In this document: positions 52,491 through 64,000 of the stretch, in pieces
How the letters are laid out: the number at the start of each line of letters is the position of its first letter
Numbering within the stretch: the first letter of the stretch is position 1
Origin: Auanema rhodensis
Taxonomy: Eukaryota > Animalia > Nematoda
NCBI GenBank assembly: GCA_964057225.1
Contig: OZ059894.1
Span: 16,306,001-16,370,000, forward strand
DNA length: 64,000 nucleotides
Direction: 5' to 3'
Notes under the pieces: generated by a model
Database searches by the model: none
What the model was told of the DNA's origin: nothing
The model's input: only the letters and a program-made list of their open reading frames with translations
Program-made: the position numbers and the translations under genes

Positions 52491-53786
52491 ATGTCACTTG
52501 TAAGGTGGATGCATCTATTGCTCCTTCTAATTCCGCTACATGTTTCATCGTTTCTATTCAATTCTGCTTCTCAAGCTCCTCAATGCTATGAACTAGATTT
52601 GGAAAATTGTTTCAGGGAGGCTTTCTTGGTAAGAATTTATAAATAATAACAATAAATAAGATTATATGAATCATATTGAAACTTAATCATTTTTATCATT
52701 CAGGCTGCTTTACATCCACCTGTAAGACTACGTAAAGAATTAGGTTTTTTCAAATTTAATAATACAACAGTAGACAAAAGAAGAGGTATATATAGTTATC
52801 ATAATTCTAAAAACTATTTTCTATTAAGGAAATCGAAACTTTTTTCTTTGTCATGATGTTCGAAGACTTTCATTATGTTTCTTGTATCCAGGATGTAGTG
52901 ATCAAATGGCAGCATCGGTTAGTCTCATATTCCCAGTTTGTTTTATAAACATTTTGAATTAAAATATAATTTCTTCAAATAGAAATTTTAAACAAATTGA
53001 TATTTTTATTTATTAGTTTTATTATTATTCAATAATTATTTAAAAACCAAACAGGTAGCAGCTGTTCAATATCACATGGTGTTTGGTAAAAAGTTACCAA
53101 TGCAAGTATTTCTTGCTTATCGTGGCTTTGGAAAGCAGGTAAAGTTAAATTTAAATTTATTATTCATATTTATATTTTAATTTATAAATAACTATGTCGG
53201 TTAAGGTATGTGATCAAACATGTTCACGGGATACAGTATTCATCTGTAGGCGTTCAATGACTAAGGATGAGCAGGAACAGGAACAGGTTCATTTCTAGCT
53301 TTATCTAACGAATTATCATTCATATTTCAATTTCAGACAGCTTTAATGGAACTTAATTCACTTTCATCTCATATATCACCAGAAAAAGATAATATAGGAA
53401 CATGTCAACGTTTTCGTAAAGCTTTAGCTAAGGTTAGTTATATTCATTTAAGTTTTTAAGTTATAATTAAAGTAATATGCTAATTTCTTTTCAAAATTTT
53501 CTTTGTAAATATATTTGATTATATATATTTTATTTAAATATATAATATTATTATATAATTAAAGGTTTTACGATTTCGTTTGGAAAATTGTGTGGATGCA
53601 GCTCATTGTACATGTGAAGATTCTCTATTCTATAATGCTGTTAATATATGTTCAATTAATTGTGAAGCTGTATTACAACAAGAACAATTAGCTTTAGTTA
53701 ATACAGGAATCCGAAATTCTATACATTTCTTAGATATACTAACTATATTCTTTATACATTCGTATATTATATCATTAATCATTTAA
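52491..53786 (+). CDS. Nematode-type secreted Cys-rich protein with hydrophobic C-terminus (possible GPI anchor); 7 exons
   Basis: ttttctcag acceptor at 52472 upstream of the ATG; signal peptide MSLVRWMHLLLLLIPLHVSS; in-frame exons encoding QCYELDLENCF, FLCHDVRRLSLCFLYPGC, VCDQTCSRDTVFIC, GTCQRFR and NCVDAAHCTCEDSLFYNAVNICSINC; hydrophobic tail. Confidence 0.8.
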
Positions 53787-54662
53787 ATTTTATAATATTT
53801 CTTGTCATTCTCGTATCCATCTGTCCAACTCTTACGGGTTTGAAACCAGCCTTCTCATCTCTCCATCATTTTAAAAGAAAAATTACTTTGATAACATACA
53901 TATATAGTTTTGTCTTCTTCTTCTTTTTCTTCTTCTTCTACTTCTTTTTTTTTCCTCTTTCTTCAATTATGAATTATTTTTGTTTTTATTTTAATTCCTA
54001 ATTATGTGTTTTTGGTATTTCATTTTGATTTATATTTCATTTTTTTTGTTTCCTTTTCTGTTTATATATAAATCAATTATTATATTTAATCTTATAACAA
54101 TAGTTATAAGATATATAAATTATTCTGAGACATAGAAATTTTGGAATGAATTACAGTTTATAATTTATTCTTTTAATTTCTTTATTCAATAGTTTATGCA
54201 ATAAATTTCTCTTTAATTCCTATTAATAATATTATTTATCTTTTCCAATAAATGTTTTTTTGTATATTCTTTTACATTTTTTTTGCATGAAAAACTATGT
54301 CTGTAAGATATGGGAAAATTCACAAGAAATTTTCCTATAATTTTCAAATAATAATGTTAAACTATATAATATTTTGATATGTGATCTAGTATAGTATATA
54401 ATATTATATTATTTTATGTAAAATAGGGAAAAAAATTAAAATAAAGGAATAAATTATATTTATAAGAACTTAATTATATCTAAAAATTCTATTGTTATGC
54501 TCAAAATTTAAGATTAAAACTTTATTCTTACTTCTCTTAGAGAAGAACAGTTCATCCCATACTGAGACGTAATATGTATAACTGTTATGAATTGTTCTTA
54601 ATCATTATATTAATACAATATATTAATTTAGAATTAATAAATATTTTTAAAAAATAATAATA

Positions 54663-55493
54663 TTATAGCATAATATCAGTTAAATTTAATTTTACTGGAG
54701 CATTGCAAAGTGGAGAAGCTTTACTAGCTGCATATAATCCATCATTGCAATATCCACAACTATGTCTACATACACGAACAGCAAACTCAGCATCAGCACA
54801 ACTGAATAATTATATTTTTTATGAAGTTTTAACGTACTTAGGGAAAAGTACCTAAATTTTCCGAGTCCAGAAGCTTTGAAACGACGACAGAATGTCAAAG
54901 AATGCTTATCTTTACAAAGTTGTGGAGCCTGAAAATAAGCTTAATTCTTGAAAAATATAAAAGAATTATTTTACTTTGAATAAATGACGAGCATTATCCG
55001 GATGAATCTTATCTGAAAAATGGAAAATCTTTCATGTTTTTTAAAAATTTTCTTCGAAAGCTTACGGCTATCAATATATGCACGACATTCAGCACAACAG
55101 TCCAATGTATGGAAATCGTGGTCATTCAAACATCTGAAATATTTTTTTTATTTTAAAGATTACAGGGTTTTTTGAGAATTTTAAAAATTCAAAACATGAT
55201 TATGTCTTTAATAAACCTTTTTTCAAAAACAGCTGTTTGTGTTTTACGTAATGATTGACAAGCTTGTTCTCCGAAACGGTCCCGACAACAAGGTAAAGCG
55301 GCAGTATCTGAAATGAAACTCATATTACTCTACAGATTTGTAGAATAGTCTAGTTAGAAGTATTATTTGTAATTCAAACATTAAACGAATAAGTTTTAAT
55401 GAAAGTTGGTCTATTAAAAGTTTTTCCATTGACTTTACAACATTCTAACTTTTTACTATTAAACCATAAATATTTTAAAATAATGAATATCAT
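54663..55493 (-). CDS. Small ShK-toxin-like (six-cysteine) domain protein
   Basis: In-frame exons from 55307 downward encode LPCCRDRFGEQACQSL...KRCLNDHDFHTLDCCAEC and LCKDKHSLTFCRRF...SCADAEFAVRVCRHSCGYC (ShKT-type CxxSCGxC end), stop at 54663. The first exon 55439-55493 is only a guess. Confidence 0.75.
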
Positions 55494-57399
55494 TATATTA
55501 AATCATCAAGTTTCAACCAATAAATCAACGAAATCATCGTTCAATTAGTTTCACAAAATAACTTTTCCGGTTTTCTTTTGAAATTGCTAATTAAGTTTCG
55601 AAAAAAAGTTGAAGAGAAGTGGAAAAACAAGCTTTCATTGAATTAAATTGAATAAATTTCCATATGTTTCGACTATTTGTCTAATACAAATAAAATATTT
55701 ACTAAAAATATAGTTAAGATGTTAGATAGTTCATCATGTATATTGCAAGGGAAATAATTAAATATTTCTCTCGATATTTCAAATATAATTTAAAAAAATT
55801 AAGAAACGATATGATAATCTTTGATAAGGTTTAAATTTGATTTGTTCATTATATGATATAGTTAACTTTCAAGTTTTAATTTAAACTTGAAGTTCTTAGA
55901 TGAGACTAGTATATGGTATGATATGGTATTGTATTTTCTTTCTTTTTTAAATTTCAAAGTAAAATTAATCATTTGAATGATGTCTAAAACAAAAGGATTT
56001 TCATCTTTCTCTGCTTGAGATCATTGACCTTCAGAAATCTTTCCGATCATAAACTTTCTAATTTCAGTTTTAGCTTTTCTATTTTTTTTGTTTTTATCAA
56101 AATCAAAGATTCATTCTTATTTGGAACATTAATAATAATAATAATAGAAATAATAAAATTGAAATTTCAAAATATTTTATAATTTACTTTAAAAATATTT
56201 TTTTAATTATCAAAAATTTTATTTTCTAAATATTTATAGTTTGTTTGTTTCTTTATATCTATGTGTGTTCTATGAAGTTTCATATTTGAAACACCTTAGT
56301 GCTATCAAGTGAATGATTGACTGACCACCCATAATTCTCTTCCCCTCCCCCCTCTTCTCCTGTTCAATAGCCATATATCTCCTTTCAATTTAGAAAGCTA
56401 TTTAAAACTTTTTTTCTTTTCATATTCTTATATAGAAATTTATTATATACATACATACATATATGTATATTATATTTTCAAAATAAAATACTTTATATCA
56501 ATGTGTATGACTAAGCTAATATCAATGATTTATCATCTGTAGTTGTTGAGAGATGTGGAAAAGAGGGGGGGGGGGAGGAGGAGTTTTTCCAGATCTGAAC
56601 AAATCCTTATTTCTCGTTTTTGCCATTTTCATGAAGGTCAAACTCTGTATAGTTCTTCACATCTCAGCTATATAGTTATGAGGAATTATAACAAATGTTT
56701 CTTAACTATTCATTTGTATTCTCTTTCAAACTTTTACTGTCTTCAGTCTTAGACTCTTAAATCTTGAGGCTCTCTTATGCCTCTTTAATCTTTCTTATCA
56801 ATTAATTAGGCCAAAGAAGTCTATCCATCGCTCAGGTCGGTTCAATGCTTGTTGTCTCTTCTATCCTCGTCTTTTCAATGGCTTTCAAATATATCCCTAG
56901 TTGAAATTCCATTTAAAGAGTGATAGAATGATTATAAAACATAGAGAGATGTTTAGGTAGCAATAAGAGAAAGAGAAATAGAGAGAGAAAGATAGAGAGA
57001 ACGAGGGTGGGGATACCTTGCCATACCCCCCATTGTTCAATACAATCAATGGAAATTAGAACCTGATTTCTATTATCATTCTATCCATCTTTTTCTCCAT
57101 AAACATCATCATCTTCATCAGCATCATCTCATTCTTCCTTGTCATCTCTTTAAACCATCTCTCTCCATATCTAGTGATATCTCTTTCAACTGATATGTAT
57201 TCCTCTTAGCATTTCCTATTATATCTCTTTCTTTCCCTCTTATTCTATGAACATCACTATTATCAGTCCATAATTCTTCCCTTTCACCTAATTAAGCATC
57301 ATCTTATGGGATAGTCTACGAAGTGTGAAGCAGCTTGTAACTTCCACGAAACTGATCCGTCCCCCCCCCTTATTCCACTTCAATATATCATCTCACCAA

Positions 57400-57435
<36 letters not shown>

Positions 57436-59084
57436 TTATATATATTTCTCTTTCACCTACAGAAGTCTTTTCCATAATTAAATAACTTTTTCAGTCTCGT
57501 TTATCTAACTACTTTTTCTATTCTCTCAATCTTTGTTATTCCATCCTGACACCCTTCATATCATCTCACCCCTCGAACCCCGGTCTACCACTACCCCCCA
57601 TCGCCATTCTTCAATTGAGCGTCGTTTTTTTTCTTTTCTTACTTGAGATAAACCTTTTTCGCAAGTTTCTTCAATTATATTTTCTTAACAAACTATGAAC
57701 AAGAAACCCAAATAATCTCTTAACTCTTCAATATTATTCCTCATATCCGAACTCTCCTCTCATCATCGTTTTGAATCGTTTGATCGTTCATCTTCTCACT
57801 CATTTTCACTTCACAAAACTATTGTCTTTTTTCTATTCTACAGCAAATAAAACTGATTTTTGCTACAATATTTCTAAAATATCAAATGAAATCTATTTTC
57901 AGTTCGCTTTATATGACAATACTTCGCATTTCTTTACGTTTTTTCCCTACAAATTCCAAGTGCATTCTTAGCCTCCTCCCCCTCTCTCTTCGAAAGCTAA
58001 CAAAACCTGGAAGTAAACATGCTATGATCGCTTGAGAGCATAAGACAAGCTTTTCAACATATTACATTGTGTTAAATCTGTTTGTTAAAGTAAAATATAT
58101 AATTGAAATATCTTTCTTTATCATCATATCGTCTGTTTTCTTATATCTAAATCATGTTAACTACAAAACTTGACGGTTGAAGATGACCTCGGTAAAGATC
58201 TCTGGTTATCCAATCAATCGTCCAGATGTTCTATATTGTAATTACTTTTAAGTTTTGGTCAAAAACATAAAAAATACATGACCTTATGAGAATCAATAAA
58301 TATATTTAATTTATGTATAAATATATTTATATAAAATACATTTTATAATGTGTTAACTATATTAACCATATGGTTTTTGTAAGAAATTATTCATTTTCTC
58401 TTTATATATTCATCATCCCCTTTCCTCTTTTCCCAAAAAGATTATGTTCGAAATAGATTCTGATTCATTATCATTTCGCTATCTTTCTCTGTCACAAAAA
58501 TTTAATTCAAATATTGAATTCCCATTTCAATATCATGAATGATCATCTCATTTCACTTATTTCACTTTCAATATCAATCTATATTCCAATTATTCTGAAT
58601 AATTAGATTTCTTTTAATTATTTATTTATAATAAATAAGATTATTAACTTAAAAGATTTCTATTATGAAAATAACAAAACAAATTATTTGCATTCTGTAT
58701 CATGTCCTATGAACAGTTTACTTAGACTTGAAATTTTCTGATTCATCAACTTAAAAGCATTGATTTGCTTTTAAATTTTACTTCAAAACATCAGAATATA
58801 TCTTGAAATTAAAAAAAATAAATTCAACAGGTTATTTCTTAAAGAAAAAACAAAAAAAATAGTAAGAATCTCATGATGAACCTACTGTTATTCCTTATTC
58901 CCCTCTCTCTCTCTCTCTCTTTCTTCCTCTCTGTTTTGCATGTATATATTCTGATTTAGAGGTTCTTCATTGATTTCTGATCAGTCATAATCAATAAGGA
59001 TTATCTTTATATCTAATAGTTATAGTTAATGAATTATTTGATGAAAATATAATTTATGAAGGACTTTATAATTTTTTATTTCAG

Positions 59085-60766
59085 ATGTATGAGACAGATT
59101 CAAATATTCGAACTTTGAAAAGTGTCTTCATTGGATCTGAAGAAGTTGGGAAAACATCATTGATTGTGTCATATACAACACAAGGATATCCAACTAAATA
59201 TATTCCAACAACATTTGATAATTATTCAGGTAAATATATAAATAAAAAATTTAAAAAAAGTAATATTATATGATATAATAATAATATTTTAGTTGTGGTC
59301 AATGTGGATAACAAGCCTATTAGAGTTCAATTATGTGATACTGCAGGACAGGTATGTTATTTATATTTTTTCTAATATTCATATAGTTATAATATGAAAA
59401 TATATAAATTCACTTAATATAACCACATTCAATATCATATTTTTTGAAATAAAATATGTGTCATCATCTTCTTTTCAACATAGTGATATGCTAATTGAAG
59501 CTTTTTGAAACTTGAGAATTATATCCTTATTTCTTATTGTTTTTGTGTATTATGATATAGTTAGATGAGAGGAAAAAAAATGAAAACCAACTGTAGTTGT
59601 TGATGACACGTGCCAGTGGTCCAGCAGAAACAGCATTTGAAGATCTGGGTGCTGGAAGATATGTCATTGGAACTTTTTGTACAAGAGATCCATTAACTCG
59701 AATCATTGGGTTTCGACTTATGAATTTACGGAACAATGTGCTAAATTATAGAAAATTAGTTGAAATATAAACGATAAGCTTGCCTTCCTCTGGGATGTTG
59801 AGCAGTCACAAGTAAGCTGATTGCAATAAAGCAAAAGAATGAATAAGATGACATAATATGAATAATATTCTTAAAAATGAATAGATATGTATGAATGAAT
59901 GTGATTTAATGAATAGAATGAATCCTGAAAGCTTCAATGAGTTTAGGGAGGAGTGAAGACAGAGTTTGACAGCTTTCAGAAAACAAAGAGATGCATCCCA
60001 GACAAAGAAGGACAAATTAAACAATATCAATTTGTTTAAGATTCTATAATAAGAATTTTAACAGTTTTTGCTATTTTTTTGGAAAATTTAAGTGGAAATC
60101 ATAAATGATTTACAGCTTTTTCAGTCTTGAATTCTGTTTTTTCAGCACAAGTTTGATGGGCTTCGACCTTTATCGTATCCAGACTGTAATGTATTCATTG
60201 TTATTTACTCGGTCATCAATAAGCGATCGTATGAAGAGGTTTTAACAAGATGGATGCCGGAAATATCAAAAGTTTCTCCAAACACACCTGGTTTGTGAAA
60301 TTTATACTTTTTGTACTTAAACTTGTAGTTTTTTAAGCTTTTTTTATTCAAAAAATAGACAATTTGAGACAAAAATTGTTTTTTTGTTTGTTAAAATATT
60401 CTTTTTATACAATTTATTTACAGTTATTCTTGTTGGAACACAATCTGATCGACGTGGATGGGAAGTCAATGTAGCTGATTGTATTTCAACGATGAAAGGA
60501 AGACAATTAGCTAATCAAATTCGTGCTATTGACTTCTTTGAATGTTCAGCATTAACTCAAGATAATCTGAAACAGGTGAATATATAACGGAGAATCTTCT
60601 TTATATTATTTTATTATTTAATTAAAATTTTATATAATTCTAGATGTTTGACGCTGTCATCTTAGCTGGCTTAGAAGAACAGAAGTCCTTTGGAAAGCGA
60701 CCGCAAACATCAAAACTGAAGCAAGGATTTCAACGACTTATTCATATGACAAGAAAATTAATGTAA
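59085..60766 (+). CDS. chw-1: Rho-family GTPase, Chp/Wrch (RhoU/V) subfamily; 5 exons
   Basis: tttcag immediately before the ATG; [53 protein letters not shown] (RhoU/V-type G4), [20 protein letters not shown]; no CAAX box. Confidence 0.9.
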
Positions 60767-62663
60767 AAATAACAAAAAATGCAACACATAGCTGGTTTTC
60801 TTTATAAGCCTCATAGTATATTTTATTTTAATTATATATGGTTGAATCTTGATGATTCATCTATTGCCATATTAAGACATCACATATAGCTAATGTTTCA
60901 TTACAACTTTGTTATAATAATTTGATTATATATTATATACATATAATCTATTAGAAACTAAAGTAATAATTGCTTTTTTTTCTATTATTTACTCTTTCCT
61001 CCAATATTTTTCAACAGTTTGTCTGTAAACGGAAGGTGATTAGCGCTTTAACGAACCATTTATGTACGAAAGTTAGACTTATAATCCGAATTCTTATAAA
61101 TTTTTTTCTTTACTCGTATGTGTAATGTATGTTTCAAAAGCTTCTCAAATCGTTCGTTTTCTTTATTTTTCATCATCTTTTTGTTTATTAATTTTGTCAA
61201 CGAATTATCGTAGTTGTTTGTCTGTTTGTATTGTCTGTTCTGTCACATTGGTCAGACTCTCAGTCTTTCTTTTCCTGTCCATGACATTTGAATGAAGTCA
61301 ATTTCTAGTGAAAGAAGTTTTTTTTTTTGAAAATCTATATGAAATTAATAAGATATATATCATATACTATACTATATAAATAGCTAAATTTTCATTTTAT
61401 TCTATTTACTCAATGAATCTGCTTAATCTGAATTGTTACTAAACTTTTCTCTTATTCAAGCACTACTTTTAACACAAAAATATAAAAAACTGAAGAACAT
61501 TTACTTTCTGTTCAAATGCAACCAAACGTTGAGCTTTTTTAATTCAAAATGAATGTGAAGTTGTTACTTCACGTACACGTGAGAAATGCCTATTTTCCAT
61601 TTTTTTTTTCAAATAAATAAAATTTTTAAATATTTATTTATAAAAAAATTGAACTTCTATTGATTAAATCATAATTATAAAAAAAAAGATATATTTGAAA
61701 TACAAGAAGTTTCTTTTTTAAATTATTAAAAGAAAATATAAATATTTCAATTTTTATTAATTTTTATAATAAAAATAAAAATAATTATAGAATATCCAGT
61801 CTATGTATGAATGTGCACTAAGTATTTTCTCACGGCTATCAAAGTCATTGTGTTTCCATTAAGTGAAATTCCCTTAATATTTGAAAGAAATCTGATATGT
61901 TTTATTTTAAAAATGAGTAAAAATTATTAGATTATGTCCATTTAATCTTATAATATTAAAGGAAAATAGTAAATGATATGTATAAATATATATATTCCTA
62001 TATAATAACTGACAACTATAAATAAAATTTATTTATTTATTTAATAATATTATAATATTTGTTATTTAAATTTGAAAAATAAATTATATAAATTAGTAAA
62101 TTTATTCATTTTCTACGGAAATATTAGTTTAAATTTAACAAGAGAAATCATATTTAACTATTCCATCGAATTATTTTTCAAAAAAGAAAATTCAATTTTG
62201 TTGGTTTGTCCCAAAATGTTGATGAATTGATATTGTGCTCATACACAGAGTACACACAATGGTTATGTAATGGTCATCGTCATCGTCGTCCTCGTCCTCA
62301 TCGTGTTCATGACATCAGCTGATCTCGTATACCATGTCTAGGCTTCTCAGAGAGATTATTTTTCATTATAAATTGTATGAGAAATATAATTAGAGAAGCA
62401 GAAAATTGCATAAATCATTTGAAATATGAAGTATTTATGAGAGATTTCAGAGATATAAAGCAATTGAAATAGTATTGTTTATATAGGGATTGACTATGAT
62501 GTGTAAAAAGTCAGATACTTTCACTCTCTTTATATGTCTCTCTCTCTATATATCTCTCTCTCTCCCAATCTTTTCTTTAGTCTTTCTATACATATAGATT
62601 CCAATTTTTCTCTCTCTTTCTATTCTTTTTCTCTTCATATAGAAAGTAGTAATCTGATGATCG

Positions 62664-62873
62664 CTAGAAGAGCACCAAATCTAACGTCCACTCAATCAAC
62701 GTAGTAAACGCCACGGTTGTCATTGTTCTGAACGTTATTCCAAATGGTTTGTCGATGAAAAAAAAAAGGAAATTTGAGAATACACTGAGTACCAATTGGA
62801 TAATATTGGCCAAAACTGACCAATATCGTTTATAGTTCGCATTAGCTGAATTTCCGTTCATAATTGTAACCAT
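62664..62873 (-). CDS. Candidate small hydrophobic protein or isolated exon (69 aa)
   Basis: ATG-initiated, stop-free, less AT-biased than its flanks, natural-looking composition with two hydrophobic stretches. No family recognised. Confidence 0.25.
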   Translation of the reverse strand: MVTIMNGNSANANYKRYWSVLANIIQLVLSVFSNFLFFFIDKPFGITFRTMTTVAFTTLIEWTLDLVLF

Positions 62874-63567
62874 AATACTAACCTTCTCGTATATACTCAG
62901 ATAAACATTTTCCGCTTAAAGAGGGAAATTCAAACGGAAGAGAGAGAGAAAGAGGGAGAGTGAGAGAGTCGAAAATGGAAAAAATAAGAGAGAGAGCGAC
63001 TGAAAGAGACGTTTAAAACATAATTTTAAACGTAAATAATTGAATATATTGAAATTTTAAAATAATTATCATTTACATAATTTTATGGTTAAGAAAGATT
63101 TGTTTTTGTGATATTCAAATGAAAATATGGAAATAGTAAATCATTCTTTCACATAAACTGCTCAAATCTCAATTACAATTTTCAATTTGTTTTCTAAGAA
63201 ATTAGTTAATATCAAATATTTTTATCTTTTTCAACTGATTTACTCAATGTTTTCTGATTTTTCAATTGATGTTTGAAATTTTATTTCAAGTGTATAATAC
63301 GAATATGCTTATTCTTCTGGTTAACATATAGATTTTCATGACAAAAAAAAGTTTTTTTTTATCATTTCTTGATAGCTATACATCAATTTGATATATTTTA
63401 TAATTTTTTTTCCATCTTTTTGTACTTCAATCTCCTATTTTAGTTGAAAAAAGCAAAAAAAATTCCAATACGAACATTGATGTCGTATGAATCATCTAAA
63501 CTAAGCCTTGTGGCAACGTACTAATGGTCAAAAAAGCTTTTCTTATACATCTGGAAAAGAGGGAAAA

Positions 63568-63587
63568 GGGGGGGGGGGGGGGGGGGG
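63568..63587. repeat. Poly-G tract
   Basis: About 20 consecutive G. Confidence 0.95.
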
Positions 63588-64000
63588 CTGGGGTGTATAT
63601 GTGGGTGATGCACATAAACGACACTCTATGGTTCAAGCTTGATACATATGTATATACATGCTTTGTAGCATCGTTTTTGCCGCCATCGATATGTCTATGC
63701 CGTCATCTTATTCCATCTTTTCATCAAGCCTACAGCTGTAGCATCAGCTGACTGGTTTTACTTTTATGATCTGATAACATCCAAAGTCATTAATAACAGA
63801 GATGGTAACAAAAAAAAATTTTTTTTAAGATAAATAAAAAGAAAATCAGACGTCAACAGCTGCTGTTTACGGTGCAAATAACGGCAGAATTGAATTAAAA
63901 TAATAAAAAAAAAGGAAAAAAAATTTCATCTGGTCACATGCTTAAAGGAAAAGATAAGATTTAAAAAAAGTGGAGTAGCTAGAAAGAAAGTAAAGAGTTG

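Noticed and set aside
1-64000. tRNA, rRNA, SL RNA, telomeric TTAGGC arrays, transposase/RT ORFs, CRISPR arrays
   Set aside because: None recognised by eye; short or degenerate copies could be missed without covariance-model and repeat searches.

Overview
This is a very AT-rich, intron-dense stretch of a nematode genome; the ORF track catches only exon fragments, so I rebuilt genes by hand from splice signals and reading frame. Nine spliced protein genes are supported: a glutamate-gated chloride channel (glc-3-like, +), a C2H2 zinc-finger factor (somi-1-like, -) with about 18 kb of upstream non-coding DNA, a CPG4-like GPI-type protein (-), a very divergent histone H3/CENP-A-like protein (+), an Srx-like chemoreceptor (+), a BTB-BACK-Kelch protein (+), a secreted Cys-rich protein (+), an ShK-like protein (-) and a Chp/Wrch Rho GTPase (chw-1-like, +). 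The main observation is that two nearby genes (H3-like and Kelch) each appear to need a short GT...TTTTCG intron, i.e. a CG instead of AG acceptor, to keep conserved motifs. This sits on a background of many AAG/GAG acceptors, suggesting relaxed 3' splice-site rules. Also notable are an H3-like fold lacking the tetramerisation residues, recurrent paired TCACGTGA/ACGTG clusters every few kb, and a G12E-like P-loop in the Rho GTPase. Gene names come from my recall of the families, not from database searches.
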